The position numbers were made by a program, and so were the translations under genes. A DNA stretch of 50,452 bases, taken from positions 1 through 50,452 of the forward strand of contig JAUGWO010000126.1 in NCBI GenBank assembly GCA_049724395.1. The letters are read 5' to 3'. Position 1 is the first letter of the stretch; every line of letters begins with the position of its first letter. Positions 39,458-50,452 of the stretch are shown here, piece after piece. A model generated the notes under the pieces. It saw only the letters and a program-made list of their open reading frames with translations. It searched no databases and was not told where the DNA came from. Source of the DNA: Spongospora subterranea f. sp. subterranea (taxonomy: Eukaryota).

Positions 39458-40761
39458 GGACCGGTATCACAGGGGGAACATAACATGATGATGAAGGACC
39501 GGTATCACAGACACCTTATAGCATAGGGGGAACATAAACCAGTCAGGGATGAAACATGATGATGAAGGACCGGTATCACAGACACCTTATAGCATAGGGG
39601 GAACATAAACCAGTCAGGGATGAAACATGATGATGAAGGACCGGTATCACAGACACCTTATAGCATAGGGGGAACATAAACCAGTCAGGGATGAAACATG
39701 ATGATGAAGGACCGGTATCACAGACACCTTATAGCATAGGGGGAACATAAACCAGTCAGGGATGAAACATGATGATGAAGGACCGGTATCACAGACACCT
39801 TATAGCATAGGGGGAACATAAACCAGTCAGGGATGAAACATGATGATGAAGGACCGGTATCACAGACACCTTATAGCATAGGGGGAACATAAACCAGTCA
39901 GGGATGAAACATGATGATGAAGGACCGGTATCACAGACACCTTATAGCATAGGGGGAACATAAACCAGTCAGGGATGAAACATGATGATGAAGGACCGGT
40001 ATCACAGACACCTTATAGCATAGGGGGAACATAAACCAGTCAGGGATGAAACATGATGATGAAGGACCGGTATCACAGACACCTTATAGCATAGGGGGAA
40101 CATAAACCAGTCAGGGATGAAACATGATGATGAAGGACCGGTATCACAGACACCTTATAGCATAGGGGGAACATAAACCAGTCAGGGATGAAACATGATG
40201 ATGAAGGACCGGTATCACAGACACCTTATAGCATAGGGGGAACATAAACCAGTCAGGGATGAAACATGATGATGAAGGACCGGTATCACAGACACCTTAT
40301 AGCATAGGGGGAACATAAACCAGTCAGGGATGAAACATGATGATGAAGGACCGGTATCACAGACACCTTATAGCATAGGGGGAACATAAACCAGTCAGGG
40401 ATGAAACATGATGATGAAGGACCGGTATCACAGACACCTTATAGCATAGGGGGAACATAAACCAGTCAGGGATGAAACATGATGATGAAGGACCGGTATC
40501 ACAGACACCTTATAGCATAGGGGGAACATAAACCAGTCAGGGATGAAACATGATGATGAAGGACCGGTATCACAGACACCTTATAGCATAGGGGGAACAT
40601 AAACCAGTCAGGGATGAAACATGATGATGAAGGACCGGTATCACAGACACCTTATAGCATAGGGGAAACATAAACCTGACAGGGACGAAACCTTATAGCA
40701 TAGGGGAAACATAAACCTGACAGGGACGAAACGTGACGACGCTGGACCGTTATTACAGACA
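39458..40761. repeat. 71-bp tandem array: 16 identical units (39483-40618), one variant unit, degenerate edges
   Basis: Unit acatgatgatgaaggaccggtatcacagacaccttatagcatagggggaacataaaccagtcagggatgaa; period 71; no spacers. Confidence 0.98.
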
Positions 40762-40854
40762 TCCGTTTCATTAATTGCGCCATCGTCGAATGTCGGTGGC
40801 GGGTTCTGTCGTGTCAATCAGTATTGTGGATTTGGTGCAAGCCGAATATTCCAA

Positions 40855-41345
40855 GATCCCCAAGGTATCTCATTGTTGGTGCAATATGGATTGGGTGATT
40901 TGCATCAACCACAATCTTGGATGAGTCTGCTGTGCTATTAAACAGGGGAAAAATATTCATCCATCGTAATTTGATTTTGTTGGCCTTGCAACCATTTATA
41001 CAGTTCGCTGCTGCAATCTTCGTAGCTTTCGCATTGTGTAGTGTCGTCAACATATACGTTGCTATTGTTTATATTCAATGGTTCATCATGGATATACAAT
41101 ATTTACGACAGTATGCTCATACTTGGATCCTTGTTGAATTCCATTATTCTGCTAATACTGTGATGACTGCACATTCCGAAAATGCCCCTCGTAATTCGAT
41201 TCGTTAACCAGGTATCTATCAAAAGTGTTAGTATATGTCTCTATTCCCATTCGATTCAATTTTTTTGTATCCAAGAGTAATCGTTGAACTCTGTCAAAAG
41301 CTTTCATGTAGTCGTATAAAACCACAGCAAATCCATGTTTTTGAC
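40855..41345 (-). mobile_element. Non-LTR (LINE) reverse transcriptase fragment
   Basis: DYMKAFDRV, GIQQGS, VYVDD (shifted frame) and MRYLG in the correct order. Confidence 0.85.
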
Positions 41346-42366
41346 GCGGCAGCAACAGCAGTTATGTACTCCCAATGTTCAGTTGAAGTTGTCCGATACT
41401 AAAAACGCGAGGGAATACCGGCGATTTTCCTCACCAATAGGCGCATTTTACCGATCTTTTCAAGACCTTTCTGACGATATTATCAAATAGATTTCGCACA
41501 GGCTTTTTTCAACTTCCGTTTTGTTTGGATGAAGCCCAAAATCACCGTTACTGCCCGATGGTTAAGGTTTTAGTCACCGAAGCTGTAGGTTTTATCAAGT
41601 GAATCCAGTTTTTGATCGGGCACGAGGGCTTATTTTAAAATACGCAAACTAACAACCCAAGTCGGCTTGGGCAAGCAGCAAATGTGCCAGGTCAATCGCA
41701 TCATTCACCACCAAGCCAACAAATTGATCTAATTGATCAAGGTCAGTATCTCAATAATTCGTTGAATGATTACAAAAACACCCTATGTTAGGATGTACGG
41801 GCGACGCGGCCAACGGGCAGACGAATTCTTTTTGTCGATGATACATCGAGAGGAAAACGCAACAGTTTCTCATCGCCCAAGGTCATTTGCTGGCTGAGAA
41901 CCAGTATTGACCTGCGACCCAAATGACGGCACATGGGTTCCCAGGTTCCGACCTTAACTACATAACATGAGTAGCTCTGTTGCTGCGAGGGGTTGGCGAC
42001 GTGGTAAAGATCAAGATCCTAAATGGTAACCACACTACATTGCATCGATTAACCCCCGACTTGTTCGATCCGTCGCTCGATCAGACAGAGGAATCGACTG
42101 ATTGTTGCAAACTGGTCCAAATACGGTACCGCGACAGCGTCCCCAGTCGGATGGTGAATGAAGTTGTGGATCCTGCTCGACTCTGCGGTAGATGGATCAC
42201 AATGATGTTCCCAGGACAGTCTCAATAATCCAGACACGTCCCCTATCCTGTGTTTCGTGTCAGCCAACGATACGTGATTCGTTGCATAGCCTGTAACGGA
42301 ATCCGGTATCGTTACGCGACCAAGCGGATTCATGATATGGCCGGCAATCTTCCAGTATCCCTTCAA

Positions 42367-42820
42367 GGATGTTGTATTTCAACACGTATCCAGTAAACCC
42401 AAGGATATCGGGATGACATGCGATGGTTTGGACGCGCCATCATGTGGTATCAAGTTCAAATGTTCCGAGACGTGCAATCTTGTCCTTGATCATTTTGCTT
42501 TCGAAAATATCCAGGATTTACTTCAAATTCGACTTTCCTACTCGTTTGGACAAAGGAACTGTACTCAAGCGCAGCGAACATGGCCGACACATGGCGAGCC
42601 GCCCCTATTACGTATACAGTGGAGACATTGACAGTTCCTTACGAGTAGGAATTCGAATTAGAAGTAAATTCTGGATATATTCCAAAGCAAAATGATCAAG
42701 GACATTAGATTGCACGTCTCGCAACACTTGAACTTGATACCACATGATTGCGCGCCCAAATCATCGCATGTCATCCCGATATCCTTGTGTGTACTGGATA
42801 CGTGTTGGATTACAACATCC
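42367..42820. repeat. Inverted duplication, ~180-bp arms (42367-42545 / 42641-42820), 95-bp spacer
   Basis: For example ggatatcgggatgacatgcgat / atcgcatgtcatcccgatatcc; DIGMTCD...SCGIKFKC.ETCNL appears on both strands; arms visibly diverged. Confidence 0.9.
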
Positions 42821-43069
42821 CTAGGGATACGAAAATGCTGTCCCATCGAGACCAATATATTCAACGAAGGGTCAAAACAAGTAGTTTCGCTGGATATCCC
42901 GATAGATCAAACAACATAGGACACGCTTGTGCCGCATTGTCCCAATTCCGATCAGTGATCAGAATTGCATGGTGACGGGACAGTTTCCGATCTTGCCAAC
43001 GTTATGACATCCGTCATGTCAGACGGTGTGTCAACGACCAGATTGAAATGTCCTGGCGGAAAGGAGGCA

Positions 43070-43293
43070 ATCCTATAACACATTGTCCACGCGTCGATTC
43101 CACGTTTTTCCCTATCGCGTGCATCTACGAATCATGCGATATCACATGGGATGTGGATTCGAAATGTTAGAAACATTGGTTCTCTGGTGCGGGCTTAGAC
43201 TTCCTTTTCAAGTGGGTGGGTCCTGTAGCCGATGATGCGACGTGGGAGCATTGCGACCAGATTTTTGGAATACTGCAATTTATATCCAGGTAA
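43070..43293 (+). mobile_element. Chromovirus integrase C-terminus / chromodomain remnant
   Basis: YTL...FHV followed by FLFKWVG...DDATWEH (cf. YLVKW.G....TWE). Confidence 0.6.
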
Positions 43294-44815
43294 CATTTTT
43301 TCGTTCTTGAAATCCTTTGATTTCGTTGTTTTTCTGAAGCAGAAATCAGAAACTTGGTTCACTGTAGGAACTGTTTAGTGACCATCTAACGGACATTGTA
43401 ATCTCTTGAGTTTTAGGGTTGTCGAAGACGCTGCAATGGCTGACGAGCAACAAGTACATGAAATCGCTCGTATGTCATTGATTGGTTTTGTACTGATGGT
43501 GCATCGGCATGAATCAACTCTTATTGCAGCAGTCAGACAACTGCAGCATATACCAGGAACTTGACAAGGGCCAACACGGCTGCAATGACTGATGCGCGAC
43601 ATTTACAAGATATCGCTCGTGTGTGATTCGTTTTCCTGTTTCACTGACCATGCATCGGCATGATTTTGAACCTAAATTCAACCTTTGAGCAGCAAGTCTG
43701 AGTGAAATTTAGTAGGAGAACAATAGCATTGCAACCATATAGTTGAATAGTAGTATATTATTTTAATCCTGTAATATCAGCTGTATTATGACCGGGATCA
43801 TCTGTCGTTAATTGAAAATACACAAACATGTGATATGATTGAAAGTGCTGTATTTAGTCCCATTCAGAATCAACATTCGCCGGAAACTAGAACACGGATT
43901 AACAGATCAAAATGATATGGAGATACAACATGAACCGGTAGGTCAATGTTCCAAGACATATATTTTCACGACTGCCCGTTTCGGTGCTGTCGTCTGTAGG
44001 TGAAGACCACGACTCGATGAAGTTGTATTCACAGCGCAATCGGCCACGTTGGAATTGGTTTGGGCGGCGGAATTACAGGTCCTGTACCCTGCGACGCGAA
44101 CGTGGACGCGAGCGTGCGTGTGATCACGATATAGCGTTTTGAGTGCAGGTTCGACGATGGTCTTGTCACACTCAAATACTTTCATTTTCGGATTCAGTTC
44201 CCCTAACCATTATCTCATCTGCCTCATTGTGCTAGCGCAATAACAAAGCGGTCTCATAATCGGTCAGGTCTGCTGTACTGAATGTCGATCGTCCAATCAT
44301 CATAAAGTGTGTGGGTCCGTTACTCACTACAGTAGCCAATAAACGATCAATTTCAACTTTCAACATAAATGCCTGGGGCTGTCCAGTGCAGTGATTTTCA
44401 ATCTTTCCAGCAACATCACATAACAGTGACGCAGCTGGATGCTCGATAGTACATATCTTATATGCATGGGGCAACTTAGACGGCGATTTGGGCAGTATGG
44501 ATGTAGGCAATATACGAGGGGCTTAATAGCCATTGTAAGCGGGATCAATTGGAAGCTTAGAAAAGACAAAATGGATCCGTCACTCCTTTCAAGTACTGCA
44601 CTGCGACCCTGGTGACCGACTTTCATCAACATTCGCAGAGGAAACCATGCTCTGGCTGGAAAATGCCGAAGTAAGCATATGTTGCCACCGTCTCTGACGG
44701 TTTCAATGTGATGAAATCGAACCCGACAACGTGATGAGAAAAATTTTTTTCGATCAGAAAAATTTTCCATTTGAAGTCGCCAGTTTATAGATCAATAACA
44801 TTCTTAGCTCCACCA

Positions 44816-47800
44816 TCAGCACCAAGGGACCTTCTTTGCTGCGTTTGAGGAATTGGTTTTCAAGCCTCCTACCCTCCATCCCCAGCTGGTGGATCGAACG
44901 TCAAATAAGTCAACCCTGTCAATGACGTCAGATTATCACAAGTAGTTGATAGGGATTGACCAAGCGCATATTTGACCAACCGCTGGGTCGAAATTGCCCA
45001 ATCGAGTGCAGTTTCACCATTATAATTTTTGAGCGTGATTATTGTTGGACACGCCACACCGAATATTTCACAAATTTTCCTGAGATATCAATTCAGCGGT
45101 GCTAGATGTTTTAAACATATGTGTTAACAATGACCGGCCACAAGGGGATCAAGAACCCACCCAATCTCCCATAGACGTTCCTTCATCTCATCCTGTTCCG
45201 CAAGAAGGAACGGCGCCGCCTCAATTATATCGATAATGACGTGCTTACTTCTGTGAGAGCTCAATCAAATATTTTGAATCAAAAGCAGTATAGCAGTCTA
45301 CAGGTTATGATATATCGCCAGGTGTAGTGCTGTGTTCCCATTACGATCAGCAATTACTGGATTGGCGCCGTCTCTTCAACAAACACTTGACCACAGCCTC
45401 CCTAAAATATGGACTTTCTTGAGGAGCTGATCAGTATCAAATACAAATCCCGACCAACCGACGCCACTCAACTAGCCCTATGAAGAAGTGTTGCCCCATG
45501 ATTGCCAGGGTGGTTGACATCAATATTGTCAATCACTGAGAGGATGACTTCGTCCGACCTGTTGGCGCATCTTTAGGTATTTCAATATATGGTGGTATTT
45601 GAGCGATATACAATTTAGTTGGCAATTGGTTGTGCAATTGTATGTACGCATCAAAATTGGTAATATTGGGATCGGCACCGTTTTTCAAAAGAATTTGTGC
45701 GATATCAACACTGGAAATACAAAAACGCATTATAGAAGGAGTCAGCATAACCAGAAAAAACAATTAACCAACCGTGCAAGAGCAACTGCCAGAAAGAGAG
45801 CAGTTTGCCCATATCGGTTTCTGACATGCATTATTTCCAAAATCGCCTGACTGTTGACATCTTGGCCCCTGTGAGATCAGATCAGTGACTTTTAATGATT
45901 TCGACACACACATCGACAGTATACAGGCGATCATGAACAAATGTCGGACAAGAACACCCAGGGAGATCCGTCATCCCGTTATGGTCCATATCATCGATTG
46001 TTGTTGTCCTCGTCGCCTCAAGTATAGATATAATGGTCTCTCCACTTCTATGAGATTTAACATGAAATTTTTGGTAAATATTACAAGACTAAAGCAGAGT
46101 ACAGATTATGCTGAATCGAGAGGTGCAGAGCTGTATTCCCATTAGAATCAGCAATAATTGGATTGGCACCGAGATTCAACAGCTTCTTGACCAGAATTTC
46201 TCTATAACATCAGGTTCATTGAGGGGCTGATCAGGGCCAAATATGAAGTAGGACCGACCGACGACACTTAATAGCCCTATGAATAAGTGTTGCCCCATGT
46301 TTGCCCTCGTAATTGACATCAATATTGTCAATCATTGATATGATAAAATCGTCTGTCCTGGTGGCACATCATTAGGTATTTCAGTATATGGTGGTATTTG
46401 GGCGATATACAATTCATTTGGCATATGGGTGTGCAGTGGTGTGTTCCCATCAATATCTGCTATATTGGGATCGGCACCTCTCTCCAGAAGAATCTGGACA
46501 ATATCAACACTGGAAAAACAAAAACTCATTATTGAAAATGTGTCAGAACCATACTGTAACTTCTACCAACCGTGCAAGAGACACTGCCAGAAACAGAGCA
46601 GTTTTCCATTTTTGGTTTCTGAAATTGATTATTTCTGACATAGAATGATGGTTGACATCTCGGTCCCTGTGAGATCAGATCAGCGACTCGAATGATCTCG
46701 ACACACCCGTCAACAATGTACACGTGATCATGAACTAACTCTCCATTCGAACATAATGAGGGATGGGTCATCCCGTTTTGACCCAGAAGATCAGCCGTTC
46801 TTGGCGTCGCCACCTCAAGCATAGATATAATGGTCTCTCCACTTCTGTGAGATTTAACATGAGATTTTTGGTAAATATAACAAAACTAAAGCTGTCTACA
46901 GATTATGCTGAATCGCCAGGTGCAGAGCTGTATTCCCTTTAGAATCAGCAATAATTGGATGGGCACCGAGATTCAACAGCTTCTTGACCAGAACTTCTCT
47001 ATAACAACAGTTTAAATGGCGGACTGATGAGGGTCAAATATGAATTAGGACCGACCGACCACACTCAATAGCCCTATGAAGAAGTGTTGCCCCAGTATTT
47101 CCCACGTGGTTGACATCAATATTTTCAATCATTGATATGATGATTTCGTCTGTCCTGTTGGCACATCATTAGAATTCCAATATATGGTGGTATTTGGGCG
47201 ATATACAATTCAGTTGGCATATGGTTGTGCAATGGTGTGTTCCCATCAATATCTGCTATATTGGGATCGGCACCTCTCTCTCCAAGAATCTGGACAATAT
47301 CAAAACTGGAAATAAAAAAACTCAATATTGAAGATGTAATCAGAGCCAGATTGTTTTTTTACCAACCGTGCCAGAGAAACTGCCAGAAACAGAGCAGTTT
47401 GGGATTTTTGGTTCCTGAAATTGAATATTTTTGACGTGGCCTGATGGTTGAAATCTGGGTTCCTGTGAGATCAGATCACCGACTTCAATGATTTGAAAAC
47501 ACCCATCAACAATATACAGCCGTTCATCAACTTACTCTCCACTCGAAAACTCTGAGAGCCCGTTTTGACCCAGAAGATGGGCCGTTGTTGGCGTTGAGGC
47601 CTCAAGTATAGATATAATGGTCTCTGAACTTCTGTGAGATTTAACATGAGATCTTTGGTAAATGTAAGAGAATTGAAAATGTGTACAGATTATGTTTTAT
47701 CGCCAGGTGCAGAGCTGTATTCCCATTAGAATCAGCAATAATGGGATTGGCACCGAGATTCAACAGCTTCTTAACCAGAACATCTCTATAACATCAGTTT

Positions 47801-50452
47801 AATTGAGGGGCCGATCAAGGTCAAATATGAATTAGGACAAACCGACGACACTCAATAGCCCTATGAAGCAGTGTTGCCCCATTTTTGCCCGCGTGGTTGA
47901 CGTCAATATTTTCGATTATTGATATAATGACTTCGTCTGTCCTGTTGGCACATCATGACTTATTACAATATATGGTGGTACTTGAACGATATACAATTCA
48001 GTTGGTATATGGGTGTGCAATGGTGTGTTCCCATCAATATCTGCTATATTGGGATCGGCACCTCTTGAGAAAGAATCTCCACAATATCAAGACTGGTATT
48101 ACAAAAACTCATTATTGAATATGCGAATCAGAACCAGACTGTAATTTCAACCAACCGTGCACCAGAAACTGCCAGAAACAGAGCAGTTTGCAAATTTTGG
48201 TTTCTAAAATTGATGATTTTTGACGGCGCCAGAGAGTTGACATCTCGGTGGCTGTGAGATCAGATCAGCGACTTGAATGCTTTCGACACACCCGTTAACA
48301 ATATACAGCCGATCATTAACATACTCTCCACTCGACCACACTGAGAGCTCCGTCATCCCGTTATTGACCCAGAAAATTGGCCGTTCTTGGCGTCTCCGCC
48401 TCAAGTATGAATATAATGGTCTCTCCACTTCTATGAGAATTAACATGAGATCTTTGGTGAAAATAACATGATTGAAGCTGAGTACAGATTATGAGTTATC
48501 GCCAGGTGCAGAGCTGTATTCCCATTAAAATCAGCAGTAATAGGATTGGCACCGAGATTCAGCAGCTTCTTGATCAGAACTTCTCTATAACATCAGTTTG
48601 ATTGAGGGGCTGATCAGGGGTCGAAAATGACTTAGGGACCAACCGACGACACTGAATAGCCCTATGAAGAAGCGTTGCCCCATCTTTGCCCGCGTAATTG
48701 ACATCAATATTTTCAATCATTGATATGATGATTTCGTCTGTCCTGTTGGCACATCATTAGGTATTTCTATATAGCGTGGTATTTGGGCGATATACAATTC
48801 AATTGGCATATGGGTGTGCAATGGTGTGTTCCCACTGAGTATCTGCTATATTGGGATCGGCGCCTCTCTCCTTGAGAATCTGAACAATATCAAAACTGGA
48901 AATAAAAAAACTCATTGTTGAAGATGTGATCAGGGCCAGACTGTAATTTCCACCAACCGTGCAAGAGAAACTGCCAAAAACAGAGCAGTTTGACATTTTC
49001 GGTTTCTCAAATTTATTATTTTTGACCTCGAGTGACAGTTGATAGCTGGGTGCCTGTAAGAATTTCAGATCAGCGACTTCAATGATTTCGGCACACCCAT
49101 CAACAATAAACAGGCAATCATGAACTAACTCTTCACTCGAAGACTACTGAGGGATGCGTTATCCCGTTTTGACTCAAAACATCTGCCGTTCTTGGCGTTG
49201 CCGCCTCAAGTATAGATATAATAGTCTCTCCACTTCTATGAGATTTAACATGAGAGTTTTGGTCATTATAGGACATGATGAAAGGTGTACAGATTATTCT
49301 TTATCGCCAGGTGCAGTGCCGTATTCCCATTAGAATCAGCAATAATGGGGTTGGCGCCTTTCTTCAGCAATTTCATAACCACCACTTCCCTAAACAATCA
49401 GTGTTTTTGAGGGGCCGATCAGTGTCCACACAATATCAATTGACCAACCGACGACACTTAATAGCAAAATAGAAAAGAGTGGACCCATCTTTGTACCGGT
49501 GGTTGACATCAATATTTTGTATCATTGACAGAATAGAATCGTCTGTTCTGTGATAACATCAGTTAAGGTTGGAGTGATTGGTGAGATCTGTTTCACTCAC
49601 AGGGCATATTTAGAAGAGAGTGCAATGAATTCCCACCTAAATCCGCTATTGTGGGATCGGCACCGTTCTCCAGCAGAATTTGAGCGATATCAACCCTGGG
49701 GATACGAGACCTTAGTATTGAACTCGCTGATCAGAGCCAAAGACAGGATTCGACCAACCGATTCAAGATAGAACTGAAAAAAAAAGAGCAGTTAGGCCGC
49801 CATTAAGGTTCCTCGAGTTGAATGATAGCGTCGACATGAGAGAGACCGAGTATCTTAGAGACGAGATCTGGGTTTCTGTGGGATCACAATCAGGGTCTGC
49901 AATGAGCCAGACCGATAGATGAGCAATATACAAGCGATCAAGCAATTGTTGAAAAAAACGTGTATAGAATCGTGTTGTCATCGAATTCTGGAACACAATG
50001 ATGGATTGGTTTTGGCCTCCCCGCTTCAATTATATCAATGATTATCTGCTTACTTCTGTAGAAATACTAATAAGCCATATTGATAAATCGGCATTTGAAG
50101 TGATCATAATACAGTCCGCATTGTATTGCCAGGTGAAGTGCTGAATCTTCCATCACGATCAGGCATTATAGCAGTCAGCGCCTCTATTCAAAAGATGTTT
50201 GACCAAAACTTTCCTAAGTTATCCGTTTATTGAGGAGCTGATCATAGACCAACACTGATTAGGACCAACCGTTTGCCAATAATTGCAGATTGAAGAAGAG
50301 TTTTCCCTTGCTTTGTTCACGTGGTTGAAATCAACATTGTTCGATTATCACAATGATCATTTCGTCTGTCCTGTGAGCACATCAGTAAATATTTGAACAC
50401 TTTTGTGAGATTTCGGCGACATACATGTCTTTTGGCAAACGATTGTGCAATG
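44816..50452 (-). CDS. Multi-exon ankyrin-repeat protein gene or pseudogene, 5' end outside the window; paralog of the gene at 1-4026
   Basis: One module resolved exactly: exons 47631-47536, 47462-47367, 47305-47207, 47154-47056 and 46998-46900 (96, 96, 99, 99, 99 nt), with introns of 55, 73, 61, 52 and 57 nt, all GT-AG phase 2. Last exon RVDLFDV...KKVPWC, stop at 44816-44818. Several 1-bp indels occur in other modules. Confidence 0.88.
45302..49290 (-). repeat. Five tandem copies of a ~795-bp 5-exon/5-intron ankyrin module
   Basis: Equivalent donors at 49290, 48485, 47686, 46899, 46102 and 45301 give units of 805, 799, 787, 797 and 801 bp. Confidence 0.93.

Noticed and set aside
39483..40690. 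CRISPR array or C/D-box snoRNA cluster (ATGATGA in each unit)
   Set aside because: Units are identical head-to-tail with no spacers and no cas genes are present. The identical units have no same-strand CTGA D box.
30217..42820. Inverted repeats as whole-genome-amplification chimeras
   Set aside because: The arms carry many substitutions and indels, whereas amplification fold-backs should be essentially identical. Not fully excluded without reads.
4026..44816. Giant transposon using the ankyrin genes as terminal inverted repeats
   Set aside because: No intact transposase or recombinase, no visible termini or TSD, and the paralogs are substantially diverged.

Overview
Eukaryotic, intron-rich genomic DNA. 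The short GT-AG introns, a WDR49/WDR64-type gene, expanded ankyrin genes and oomycete-like retroelements suggest a flagellated protist such as a plasmodiophorid; this is an inference only. The window has five blocks. (1) 1-4026: 3' part of a + strand ankyrin-repeat gene built from ~99-nt phase-2 exons. (2) ~4.1-15.4 kb: a mosaic of Gypsy, Copia and LINE fragments, including one open 887-aa Gypsy pol. (3) 15.9-26.3 kb: a GC-rich island of three conserved genes: an intronless MSI1/RBBP4, a multi-exon EF-hand+WD40 gene, and a UBE2Q-like E2. (4) ~26.4-44.7 kb: a second TE-fragment mosaic (hAT, PIF/Harbinger, Copia, LINE, chromodomain) with five local inverted duplications and a young 71-bp tandem array. 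(5) 44.8-50.45 kb: a - strand paralog of the first ankyrin gene, in which a 5-exon module occurs five times. The best leads are the frame-symmetric exon-cassette ankyrin genes, the cluster of hairpin-forming inverted repeats among TE debris, and CA-rich 5'/TG-rich 3' introns in the WD40 gene. All coordinates and splice models were derived by hand.
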